This document shows positions 50,991 to 61,880 of a stretch of DNA of 64,000 nt, piece after piece; position 1 is the first letter of the stretch, and every line of letters starts with the position of its first letter. The translations under genes were made by a program, and so were the position numbers. This stretch comes from Scyliorhinus canicula (lineage: Eukaryota). The stretch is taken from NCBI RefSeq assembly GCF_902713615.1, contig NW_024055891.1:1-64000 (forward strand), written 5' to 3'. The notes under the pieces are model-generated. The model made no database searches. It was not told the DNA's origin and saw nothing but the letters and a program-made list of their open reading frames with translations.

Positions 50991-51710
50991 TCTTTGAGCC
51001 ACCCAGTCACTTGCATTTCCCCTATACTACTGTACCCGTGCAAGTTTATTTCCTTCAAGTATCCATCAAATTTCATGTGGAAACATAGGTAGAGATGCAG
51101 ATTAAAACCACTCACTGTCTAAATAGTATTCTTTCACATATCCTCTGCCACCATAGCATTAATTAATTAAGAAATTGAGTCTAGCATATTACACATTTTC
51201 AAACAGTTACATGGACACATAATTATATATATTCCAGGAGACTGCGTAGAGTAGAAACTGTTGAGCAGTATGAATCAGTCCTTCACGAGAATTGTTTGGT
51301 TGAATATTAGGTACAGCACAGAGAGAATGGAGAGTGTGTGTCTGGGTTGATCTTTGAGAAATGATAGATGAAAGAAGGATTCACAGAAACTGGAATTTGT
51401 GATTTTTTATTTCTATCTTGTACTGATAGAAATGACTTTTGTGTTCTCCTTTTACAGGATTATAGAAGGGGAGAATTGGCAGACAGAAATCTCAAAAGGA
51501 TTTTAAACATCAGTGTGACTGGAAAAGTATGAGACACACACAGGCCTGAGTGAGAGTGTTCCAGTGAACTGACAGTGGAACAAGCTTTAACCAGAAACAC
51601 CACTTGCATAAGCATTCCTCCATTCACAGTGGGGGGAAACCATACATTCGGTTTGTGTGTAGGCGAGGCTTCAACTGATCAACCTGGAGAGAGCCAAGGA
51701 CACCCGCACC

Positions 51711-52860
51711 ATGGAAAAACTGTGGAAATGCCGTGACTGTGAGAAGGGATTCAGATCCCCATCACACTGGGGAGAGGACATTCACCTGCTCGGAGTGTGG
51801 GAAGAGATTCACTAATTCATCCAACTTATCGAAACACAAACGAGTTCACACCAGTAAGAGACCGTTCACCTGTTCTGACAGTGGGAAGGGATTCAAATCT
51901 CGATCAGAGCTAGAGATTCATCAACGCAGTCACACTGGAGAGAGGCCAATTGCCTGCTCCGAGTGTGGTAAGGGATTCGCTCATTCATCCAATCTCCTGC
52001 CACACAAGCGCGTTCACACTGGGGAGAAGCCATTCTCCTGCACTGTGTGTGGGAAGGCATTCAGCGATTCATCCACCCTGCGGAAACACCACCGAGTTCA
52101 CACTGGGGAGAGGCCATTCACCTGCTCTCAGTGTGGGAAGGGATTCACTCGATCATCCAACCTGGTGGCTCACCAGCAAGTTCACACTGGGGAGAGTCTG
52201 TTCACTTGCTCCGAGTGTGGGAAGGGATTCAGCAATTTATTCAACTTGCTGATACACCAGCGAGTTCGCACTGGGGAGAGGCAGTTTACTTGCACCGTCT
52301 GTGGGAAGAGATTCACTCATTCTTCCTCCGTACGGACATACCAGCGAGCTCACACCGGGGAGAGGCCATTCACTTGCACTCTGTGTGGGAAACGATTCAC
52401 TCAGTCAGCCAGCCTGCTGGCACACCATGTCACTCACACCAATGAGAGACTTTCAAATGCTCGACCTGCGAGAGTTGCTTCAAAATAGCTGCTGATCTGA
52501 GGGTCCACCAGCGCATTCATGCTGAGGAGAGACCATTTAGCTGCTCTTACTGCGTAAAGACATTTAGAACGTCATCCAGTCTTCGGACACACCAACAAAT
52601 TCACACTGGGGAGAGGCCGTACAACTGCTCTCAGTGTGGGAAGTGATTTAATGATTCATCCACCCTGTTGACTCACCAGCGAGTTCACACAGGGGAGAGG
52701 CCATTCACCTGCTCTGTGTGGGAAGGGATTCACTCGATCATCCCACCTGCTGGCACACCAGCACATTCACACTGGGGAGAGGCTGTTCAGCTGCCCTGTG
52801 TGTGGGAAGGGATTCATTCAGCCATTTCACCTGATGACACAACACCGAGTTCACAAGTAA
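51711..52860 (+). pseudogene. C2H2 zinc-finger pseudogene ZNF-8
   Basis: ACCATGGAAAAA start at 51711, deletion in finger 1, 1-bp frameshift near 52450, in-frame TGA near 52644 and another frameshift near 52720. Several fingers lack Cys or His. Confidence 0.85.
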
Positions 52861-54000
52861 TTACTTGGGTTCTGCTATTTTTGCTGCTGTTTTATCACAT
52901 CCAGGACTGAACCATGTTCATTCTGACAGTTGAGTGGGAGGATCAGAGGGTTTCTTTCAGCTGGACTGGCTGGTCTCACCTCTCTGCTTCCAGTGGGCCG
53001 ATGTTTATTGAGCCTGACAGAGCACATTTCCATGGAAATGGCCCACAAAAGTTAATGAAGGACATTTATTTTATCCTGGATAGTAAATAATAATATATTT
53101 TTTTTGTTTTGCAACCATTGCAGGTAGCTAGAAAATAAATACTTTGTCTGTTGCATTGAGTCTACAGCACAGGGCCAGGCCGGTCAGATCAATTGGACTG
53201 TCAGTATTTATGTTCCACATGAGTCTCCACCCGCCCCTCTACATCTCCCCCATCAGCATTTCCCTCTATTCCTTTCTCCCTCATATATGTATCTAGCTTT
53301 ACGTTCAATGTATTCATGCTGTTCACCTCAACCACTCGCTGTGGGAGTGAGTTCCACATTCTCACCACCCGCTGGGTAGAGGTTTCTACTGACATTCCTA
53401 TTGGATTATTGAACGCCTGCATAATCTTAAAGACTTGCATCAGGTCACACTTCAGTCTTTTTTTTTTTAAAAGAAAAGCAGCCCCTGCCTTTCCCGAGAG
53501 GTAAATGCTCTCAGTTTTTCTAATACAGGATGATGTAGATGGGCTGGTCGGTTGCGCAGATCTGTGGGAAATGAAATTTAAGCCAGAAAAGTGTGGGCTG
53601 ATGCCTGTACTCATTAAAGATTACGGTGTTCACTACTTACCTGTCAATAACAGAAGATTGAATAAGTAGTGATCCTTAATTCTAATGGTAATTAATGAAT
53701 CAATAATCAATGAGTAGTTATATACCAAGACTGAATTTTACTTGCTGTAAAATGTAAAACTTTAGTTACTGTTTATGGAAAGAATGTGCAATGAAGATAA
53801 AGATGGAATCATATCGAGCACAGAGGAAGATGATGGTCATTGTTGAGGTCAGTCAGAGATCTTTAGGTTATTGTCCGAGGCCCAACCGTCTTTAACAGGT
53901 TCATCAACAACCTTCCTCCATCATAAGGTCAGGATTACTGATGTTCAGCACCATTCATCACTCCTCAGATACTGAAGCAGTCCATGTTCAAATGCAGTAA

Positions 54001-54596
54001 CCATGATGTGGAGATGCCGGCGTTGGACTGGGGTGAGCACAGTAAGAAGTCTTACAACACCAGGTTAAAGTCCAACAGGTTTGTTTCAAACACGAGCTTT
54101 CGGAGCACGGCTCCTTCTTCAGGTGAATGGAAAGGCTTGTTCCAGAAATGTTTATATAGACACAGTCAGAGATGCCCCGGAATGCGAGCACCTGCAGGCA
54201 ATCAAATCATCAAAGATGCAGAGAGAGAGGTAACTCCAGGTTAAAGAGGTGTGAATTGTCCCAAGCCAGTTCAGTCGGTAGGCCTCTGCAAGTCCAGGCT
54301 TGTTGGTGGGGGCCGAATGTAATGCGACATGAATCCCAGATCCCGGTTGAGTCCGCATTCATGCGTGCGGAACTTAGCTATAAGTTTTTGCTCAGCAATT
54401 TTGCGTTGTCGCGTCTCCTGAAGGCCTCCTTGTAGGGATGCTGACCCGGATATCAGAGGCTGAATGTCCTTGACTGCTGAAGTGTTCCCCAACTGGAAGG
54501 GAACAGTCCTGCCTGTTGATAGTCGCACGATGCCCGTTTATTCGTTGTCGCAGTGTCTGCATGGTCTCGCCAATGTACCACGCTTCGGGACATCCT
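54001..54596 (-). mobile_element. Penelope-like retroelement, 5'-truncated, GIY-YIG endonuclease C-terminus plus terminal repeat
   Basis: WYIGETMQTLRQRINGHR...VGEHF...AEQKLIAKFRTHECGLNRD (one frameshift); 14-bp TSD TTCAAATGCAGTAA at 53987-54000 and 54597-54610. Confidence 0.9.
54091..54125 (-). ncRNA. Minimal type I hammerhead ribozyme in Penelope terminal repeat
   Basis: CAC-CUGAAGA-A-GGAGC(CGU)GCUCC-GAAA-GCUC-GUG: catalytic boxes CUGANGA and GAAA, stem II hairpin, palindromic AGCU stem III. Confidence 0.8.
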
Positions 54597-55219
54597 TTCA
54601 AATGCAGTAAGACCTGGACAATATCTCACCAGGGCAGGGAAGTGACAACTGACATTCTGGCCACACAATGATCCCCTCCAAATAGAATCTAATCATCACT
54701 TCTTGATTTTCAATGACAGCATTGCTGAATTCCCCACTATCCACATCCTGGCATTTACCTTTGGCCAGAAACTCAACTGGACTAACCATATGAATACTGT
54801 GGCTACAAGAGTAGGTCAGAGGCTGGGAATCCTGTGGCTAATAACACACCTGACTCTCCAAAGCCCATCCACCATATACAAGGCACAAGTAAGTAGTCTA
54901 ATGGAATATTCTCCACCAACCTGGATGAGTGTAGCTCCAACACCATTCAAGAAGCTCAACAGCACCTAAGATAAAGCAGCCACCTTTATTAGCAAGCTAT
55001 CCACAAACATTCAATCTCTCCACCACTCTATCACCTGCACATCTTTGTGTTTTGGGGGCGAAACCCATGCAGTCACGGAGAGAATGTGCATACTCCACCT
55101 GGAAGTGACCCGGCGCTGGGATACGAACCCGGGTCCTCAGCGCTGTAGGCAGCAATGCTAACCACTGTCACGTGCCGCCTACCGTTAACCTCTCATTAGC
55201 CTCAGTTTGAAACTGTACA

Positions 55220-55357
55220 AGGGATTGTATAGAATCAGATAAAGGAATAGTGAATGAGGGATTGTATAGAATCAGATAAAGGAATAGTGAAGGAGGGATT
55301 GTATAGAATCAGATAAAGGAATAGTGAAGGAGGGATTGTATAGAATCTGATAAAGGG
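55220..55357. repeat. 37-bp tandem repeat, ~3.6 copies
   Basis: AGGGATTGTATAGAATCAGATAAAGGAATAGTGAAkG. Confidence 0.9.
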
Positions 55358-55809
55358 ACAGTACGAAGCGGTTCCATTGCATTCCTGCCTACGATAATCA
55401 GATCGTGGTGTAAATAATTCAGAATCCCATTAAATTAATCCAGTAACAAAACTGACCAATTGTCAACAAGCCCCACTCTGACGAGAAGGAATGGTCCATT
55501 TGCTGGCCAAGTACCGAAGATTCCCGAGGCCGTGTTCCAAGGAAATTACTGTCAAAGTAGGAGCCAGAGACGGTTAAGCTTTGACAGACTGATCACCTGC
55601 ATGAAGTTGTAAATGTCAATGTTTTAAAGTTAAGTTAACGTTTTTCTTTCAATAAATGACTTTTTAATTTTACTATACAGAGAATTCTGACATTGCTTTA
55701 ATTAAAGTATCGCCCGAACCAAAGCGAATTTATCAAATGGCTGAATCAGTTCTTTAGCCAATTAAGTTACAGATAACAAGTTCAGATAATACAAATCTTA
55801 AATTTTAAA

Positions 55810-56350
55810 ACTTGCATTTCCGTAGCACCTTTCACGACCACGAGCTGTCCCAAAGTGTTACAGACAATGAAGTACTTTTGAAGAGTAGTCACTGTTGTAA
55901 TGGAGGAGACGCAGCAGCCAATTTAACACAGCAAGATCCCACAAACAGCAGTGTGATAATGAACAGATGGTTTGTTGGTGGCTGGTTTAGCTCACTTGGC
56001 TTTACGATGCAGAGTCAAGGCCAGTAGCGCAGGTTCAGTCTCCGTACCGGCTGAGGTTATTCATGAAGGCCCTGCTTCTCAACCTTGCCCCTCGCCTGGG
56101 ATGTGGGAATCCTCAGGTTACATCACCACCAGTCAGCTCTCTCCCTCAAAGGGGAAAGCAGCCTATGGTCATCTGGGACTATGGCAACTTTACCTTACCT
56201 GTTGTCAGTGATGTTGATTGATAAACATTGCCCAGGACACTGGGAGAATTCCCCTGCTCTTTGAAATTGTGGCCTGATGGGGCGGTTGAGTCAGCATCTC
56301 ATCCAAAAAGACAGACAGCAGCTCCAAAATGCAGCACTCCCTCAGTTTCC
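55810..56350 (-). mobile_element. Deu-domain SINE (SacSINE1/AmnSINE1-like), interrupted by SINE E
   Basis: Minus strand GCAGGGGAATTCTCCCAGTGTCCTGGGCAAT...TGCTGTTTGTGGGATCTTGCTGTG..AAATTGGCTGC...TTCAAAAGTACTTCATTG resembles the Deu-SINE consensus from memory; tail fragment also at ~45445-45555. Confidence 0.7.
55980..56197 (+). mobile_element. tRNA-derived SINE type E
   Basis: TTTAGCTCA.TTGG head, ..GGGACTATGGCAACTT end; reverse copy at ~44096-44280. Confidence 0.75.
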
Positions 56351-56394
56351 ACTTCCTATTTGAGCCTCTGACATGTTTCTGTCTCTCTATCGCT

Positions 56395-56980
56395 CATGTC
56401 CTTTATTGCGAGAGAAATCGAGTACAGGAATGAGGCCATACCTGGAATATTGTGTGCTGGGGTCTCCCTATCTGAGGAAGGATGAATTGCTATGGAGGGA
56501 TTGCAGCAAAGGTTTACCAGACTGATTCCTGGGATGGAGGGACTGCTGTACGAGGAGAGGTGCGTCAGTTAGGATTGAATTCGCTGGAGTTCGGAAGAGT
56601 GAGGAAGGATCTCAAAAACTTACAAAAGTCTAACAGACTAGACAGGATAGATGCAAGAAGAATGTTGCCGATGGTGAGGGTGTCCAGAACCAGGAGTCAC
56701 AGTCTGCGGATACGGGGGGAGACCATTTAGGACAGAGGTGAAGATAAATCTCTTCACCCAGAGAGTGGTGAGCCTGTGGAAGTTGTTACCACAGGAAATA
56801 GTTGGGGCTAAAACATTACATGTTTTCAAGAAGCAGTTAGATATAGCATTGGGGCAAAGGACATGGGGGGGGGGGGTGAAGGTACGATTAGCCGACTGAG
56901 TTGGATGATCAGCTATGATGATAATGAATGGTGGAGCAGGCCCTAATGGCCTCGTCCTTCTATTCCCCACGTATCTATGT
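56395..56980 (+). mobile_element. CR1 LINE 3' fragment
   Basis: LGLNSLEFGRVRKDL...SRTRSHSLRIRG and 3' UTR similar to other CR1 copies. Confidence 0.7.
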
Positions 56981-57649
56981 CAATGACAGCCAGCTGATGG
57001 AGCTGAGGGCTGGATTTAGATGTGAATAACGGGGCCTTTCTCTCAGGAAACTGTCACTGACCTCACAATGATAGAGAAACAGTATGGCGTTAGAGGACTG
57101 ACTGGGAAATGAGCCTCCAACCAATCGGGGAGGCAGGCGTGAAGATGAATAAATTCAAAAAGAAATTGGATGAAGACTTGAGGGAAATAAAGACGGGAAT
57201 ACGACAGGGCAATGGGACTGACTGATTTGCTCCAGAGACCTGGCATGGAAATGATGGGCCAAATGGCCTCCTTCTCTGCTTTAGTGATCGATCCAAAGAG
57301 AACAGCTTCAGCTTCCCCAGTCTCTCCAACGCACTGAACTCCTTCATCCTTGGCACCATTCTCAGAAATCTTCTCTGCACCTTCTCTGAGAACTTCACAT
57401 CTTTCCAAAAGTGTGGGGCCCATAGGTAGGACTCTATTCTAGAGGGAGAGAATTGAAAAGCAGGGAGGTTATGTTCAATTTATTTCGTACCGTGGTCAGA
57501 CTACAATGGATGCACTGTCAACATTAGTGATCTTCATTTCGAAAAAGGAAATAGTGGCACTGGAACAACTGTCAAACATATTCAAAATGATCAGATCAGA
57601 ATTGAAATAATTCATCGCTCAATAAAGGCTGGGATGCTTTTCTCAAGAC

Positions 57650-59292
57650 AAAGTTGTCGAGGAGAATATTGAGATACAGGCTACTAGACTAGAAAGGCTT
57701 GAGGTTCATAAGGAGGAGGTGTTAACGATTCTGGAAAGTGTGAAAATAGATAAGTCCCCTGGGCTGGATGGGATTTATCCTAGGATTTTCTGGGAAGCTA
57801 GGGGGGAGATTGCTGAGCCTTTGGCTTTGATCTTTAAGTCATCTTTGTCTACAGGAATAGTGCCAGAGGACTGGGGGATAGCAAATGTTGTCCCCTTGTA
57901 CAAGAAGGGGAGTAGAGATAACCCCGGTAACTATAGGCCAGTGAGCCTTCTGTTGTGGGGAAAGTCTTGGAAAGGTTTATAAGAGATAGGATGTATAATC
58001 ATCTGGAAAGGAATAATTTGATTAGAGATAGTCAACATGGTTTTGTGAAGGGTAGGTCGTGCCTCACAAACCTCATTGAGTTCTTCGAGAAGGTGACCAA
58101 ACAGGTGGATGAGGGTAAAGCAGTTGATGTGGTGTATATGGATTTCAGTAAAGCGTTTGATAAGGTTCCCCACGGTAGGCTATTGCAGAAAATACAGAGG
58201 CATGGGATTCAAGGTGATTTAGCAGTTTGGATCAGAAATTGGCTAGCTGATAGAAGACAAAGAGTGGTGGTTGATGGGAAATGCTCTGACTGGTGTCCAG
58301 TTACTAGTGGTGTGCCACAAGGATCTGTTTTAGGGCCGTTGCTGTTTGTCATTTTTATAAATGACCTGGAGGAGGGCGTAGAAGGATGGGTGAGTAAATT
58401 TGCAGATGACACTAAAGTCGGTGGAGTTGTGGACAGTGCAGAAGGATGTTACAAGTTACAGAGGGACATAGATAAACTGCAGAGCTGGGCTGACAGGTGG
58501 CAAATGGAGTTTAATGCAGAAAAGTGTGAGGTGATTCATTTTGGAAGGAATAACAGAAAGGCAGAGTACTGGGCTAATGGTAAGATTCTTGGTAGTGTGG
58601 ACGAGCAGAGAGATCTCGGTGTCCATGTCCATAGATCCCTGAAAGTTGCCACCCAGGTTGAGAGGGTTGTTAAGAAGGCGTACCATGTGTTAGCTTTTAT
58701 TGGTAGAGGAATTGAGTTTCGGAGCCATGAGGTCATGTTGCAGTTGTACAAAACTCTGGTGCGGCCGTATTTGGAGTATTGTGTGCAGTTCTAGTCGCCA
58801 CATTATAGGAAGGATGTGGAAGCATTAGAAAGGGTACAGAGGAGATTTACAAGAATGTTGCCTGGTATGGAGGGAAGATCATATGAAGAAAGGCTGAAGG
58901 ACTTGAGGCTGTTTTCGTTAGAGAGAAGAAGGTTAAGAGGTGACTTAATTGAGGCATACAAGATGATCAGAGGATTAGATAGGGTGGACAGTGAGAGCCT
59001 TTTTCCTCGGATGGTGATGTCCAGCACGAGGGGACATAGCTTTAAATTGAGGGGAGATAGATATAGGACAGATGTCAGAGGTAGGTTCTTTACTCAGTGA
59101 GTAGTAAGGGCGTGGAATGCCCTGCCTGCAACAGTAGTGGACTCTCCAACACTAAACGCATTCAAATGGTCATTGGATAGGCATATGGACGATAAGGGAA
59201 TTGTGTAGAGGGACTTTAGAAGGGTTTCACAGGACGGCGCAACATCGTGGGCCGAAGGGCCTGTACTGCGCTGTAATGTTCTATGTTCTATA
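57650..59292 (+). mobile_element. Young CR1-clade LINE (HER1-like), 5'-truncated, RT domain and 3' UTR
   Basis: KSPGLDG...QHGFVKGRSCLTNL...DFSKAFDKV...[10 protein letters not shown]...FADD; few lesions; 3' end GGGCCGAAGGGCCTGT...(TGTTCTA)n. Confidence 0.95.
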
Positions 59293-59689
59293 AGAAGAGA
59301 CTGAAGGGCAACCTGACTGAAGTCTTTAAAATTAAGAAGGGTCCAATAAGAATTTCATGAGCTGACTGGCCTGGCCCTGTGCTGTAGACCCAATGGAACA
59401 GAGTATTTATTTTAGATCTAACTGCAGTAGTAGGAAAACACTATTTACTCTCCAGGATAAAATAAACGTACTTCATCAGCTTTTATGGATCATTTCTGTG
59501 GAAATGTGAACGTTCTGGCTCAAAGAGCATCAGCCCACTGGAAACAGAGTCGTGAGATCAGCTTGTCCAGCAGAAAGAAACCTTCTGACCCTCCCACTTC
59601 TCCCACTGTCAGAATGAACATGGCTCAGTCCTGGATGTGAGTAACAGCAGCATTAACAGTAGAATCCAACCCCTGTCATCATTTATGAC

Positions 59690-59813
59690 ATGATGTGGAG
59701 ATGCCGGCGTTGGACTGGGGTGAGCACAGTAAGAAGTCTTACAACACCAGGTTAAAGTCCAACAGGTTTGTTTCAAACACGAGCTTTCGGAGCACGGCTC
59801 CTTCTTCAGGTGA
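59690..59813 (-). mobile_element. Short Penelope terminal-repeat insertion at the ZNF-9 stop codon
   Basis: Identical by eye to ~54003-54128; 12-bp TSD ATCATTTATGAC at 59678-59689 and 59814-59825. Confidence 0.9.
59778..59812 (-). ncRNA. Minimal type I hammerhead ribozyme
   Basis: Same sequence as 54091-54125. Confidence 0.8.
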
Positions 59814-59814
59814 A

Positions 59815-60750
59815 TCATTTATGACGTCGCTGGTGTCTCAGCAGGTGGGATGAATCAATGAATCCTTTCTCACAGTCGGAGCAGGTGAATAGCCTCTCCC
59901 CACTGTGAACTTGCTGGTGTTTCAGGAGGCTGGATAACTGAGTGAATCCTTTCCCACACTGAGAACAGGTGAATGGCCTCTCTCCAGTGTGAACTCGCTG
60001 ATGTTTCAGGAGGCTGGATAACTGAGTGAATCCTTTCCCACACTGAGAACAGGTGAATGGCCTCTCTCCAGTGTGAATGCGCCGGTGTCTCTGCAGGTTG
60101 GATGAAGTCGTAAATTTTTTCCCACAGTCGGAGCAGGTGAATGGCCTCTCCCCGGTGTGAATGCGCCGGTGAGTCAGCAGACTGGATGAATCACTGAATC
60201 TCTTCCCACAGGTGGAGCATGTGAATGGCTTCTCGCTGGTGTGAAGACGCTGGTGCGTCTTAAGGCTGGATGACTGATTGAATCCCTTGCCACACTTGGA
60301 GCAGGTAAAGGGCCTCTCCCCAGTGTGAACTCTCTGGTGCACCAGCAGGCTGGATGAGTCGCTGTATCTCTTCCCACAATTGGAGCAGATAAAGGGCCTC
60401 TCCCCAGTGTGAACACGCTGGTGTAGGTACCAGCAGGGCAGATGAATCAATGTATCCCTTCCCACACATGGAGCAGATGAATGGCCTCTCCCCAGTGTGA
60501 ACCTTCTGATGGGTTACCAGGTTGGATGACTGAGCGAATCCCTTCCCACACTCTGAGCAGGTGAATGGTCTCTCCCCAGTGTGAACGCGTTTGTGTGTTT
60601 GCAGATGGGATGACTGAGTGAATCCCCTCCCACACTTAGAGCAGGTGAAAGGCCTCTCCCCAGTGTGAATATGTAGATGAGCTTCCAGTCCAGATGGGAA
60701 ATGGAAGCTCTTCCCACATTCCCCACATTTCCACGGTTTCTCTGTGGTGC
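59815..60750 (-). pseudogene. C2H2 zinc-finger probable pseudogene ZNF-9 (about 11 fingers)
   Basis: The family start ACCATGGAGAAA reads ACCACAGAGAAA here, and a 4-bp insertion near 60427 splits the array into two frames. A Penelope insertion abuts the stop codon. Confidence 0.8.
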
Positions 60751-61649
60751 CGGTTTTCTTGTGTCTCTCCAGGTTAGCTGGTCGACCAGTTCCAATTGTT
60801 GGGTTTCAAACCGCTGTGAATGGTGTGATGTTTTTTCAAGCTGTGTAACAGTCAGTGCCCTGGAACACTCTCACTCGGGTGTCTGTCTCGGTGCTTTCCA
60901 GTCACATTGATGGTTAAAATGCTTTGAAGCAGACAGAACAATCATTTTCCTTCTAGGTTCAAAAGCGGATGAAATTCAGGTCCCGATGAATCGAGTGGCT
61001 CTGTCAGATCTGGACATGCTGTTTCATTGGAGATTTCTGACTGCAAATCCTCCACTTCTGATATCCTGTAAAGGGAGTTTACAAATCATCACTGTCAGTA
61101 TGGGAGAGAAATTCAAAACAGACAATTTCAGTTGCTGTGGGACATTCTTTCCCCTCTCCTTCCACAAAAGCTGTAAATCTCCATCCCTTCACTCTCACTC
61201 TGCTGTATCTAACAAACACCCTCCCAATTACCCTCCTGAATGTATCAATTCATCCAGTATTATATTACAGAATAGAAAGAATTCTAAATGGCCAGACAAT
61301 GTAATGAAGCAAAGGAGAAGGTTTTTATTTACCGTAACAATCAAACTAAAAACATAAATGAATCATTTATTAACAAATAGTATTTGAATGGACAGGATAA
61401 ATTTGACTTTAAATATCTCAGACAATAAAAACAGGTTGCACAAAATCTCAGCATTTCCCCCTCAGCAGATTTGTCTCTAGTTCCAGATTCTCACAACTCT
61501 CTGTATTTCCCAAAGGGAGAAAGAGTTTTACTTACAGATGTTGGATAGAAGAGGAAGTTTTGAAGTCTGTGTGCGAAGCTAAAAACCAATGCTGGGCTGT
61601 TGATAATCAAACGGAAGGACTGTGAAGAAAATGATGGGAAGACATTTTG

Positions 61650-61880
61650 CAAAGTCCCCTCCCCCACTCCCTCAGCTGTAGGCCCAGCGCGCAAGCGCAG
61701 AAAGAGTTGAGCTCCTTTTTGGACCAGCCAGCCGCCGTCGTGAGAGGCGGGGGAGGGGAGTTCACCAAGTGGTTTCTCGCTCTGACCGGAGCCGGTTGCC
61801 GTCATCGCGGAGAACAGTGATTCCTATTGGGTGATCTCGGCAGGGTACCATTGTAACGTCACAATAGGGAAGTTGGACAG
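61650..61880. promoter_or_regulatory. Putative promoter P6 upstream of ZNF-9, paralog of P5
   Basis: 61388-61865 aligns by eye with 49233-49855, including GGCCCAGCGCGCAAGCGCAGAA and CGTCATCGCGGAG. Confidence 0.7.

Larger units (their letters stand above)
53830..55030 (+). mobile_element. Same third-family LINE fragment, host of the Penelope insertion
   Basis: QKLNWTNHMNTVATRVGQRLGIL...YKAQVSSLMEYSPPTWMS. Confidence 0.7.
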
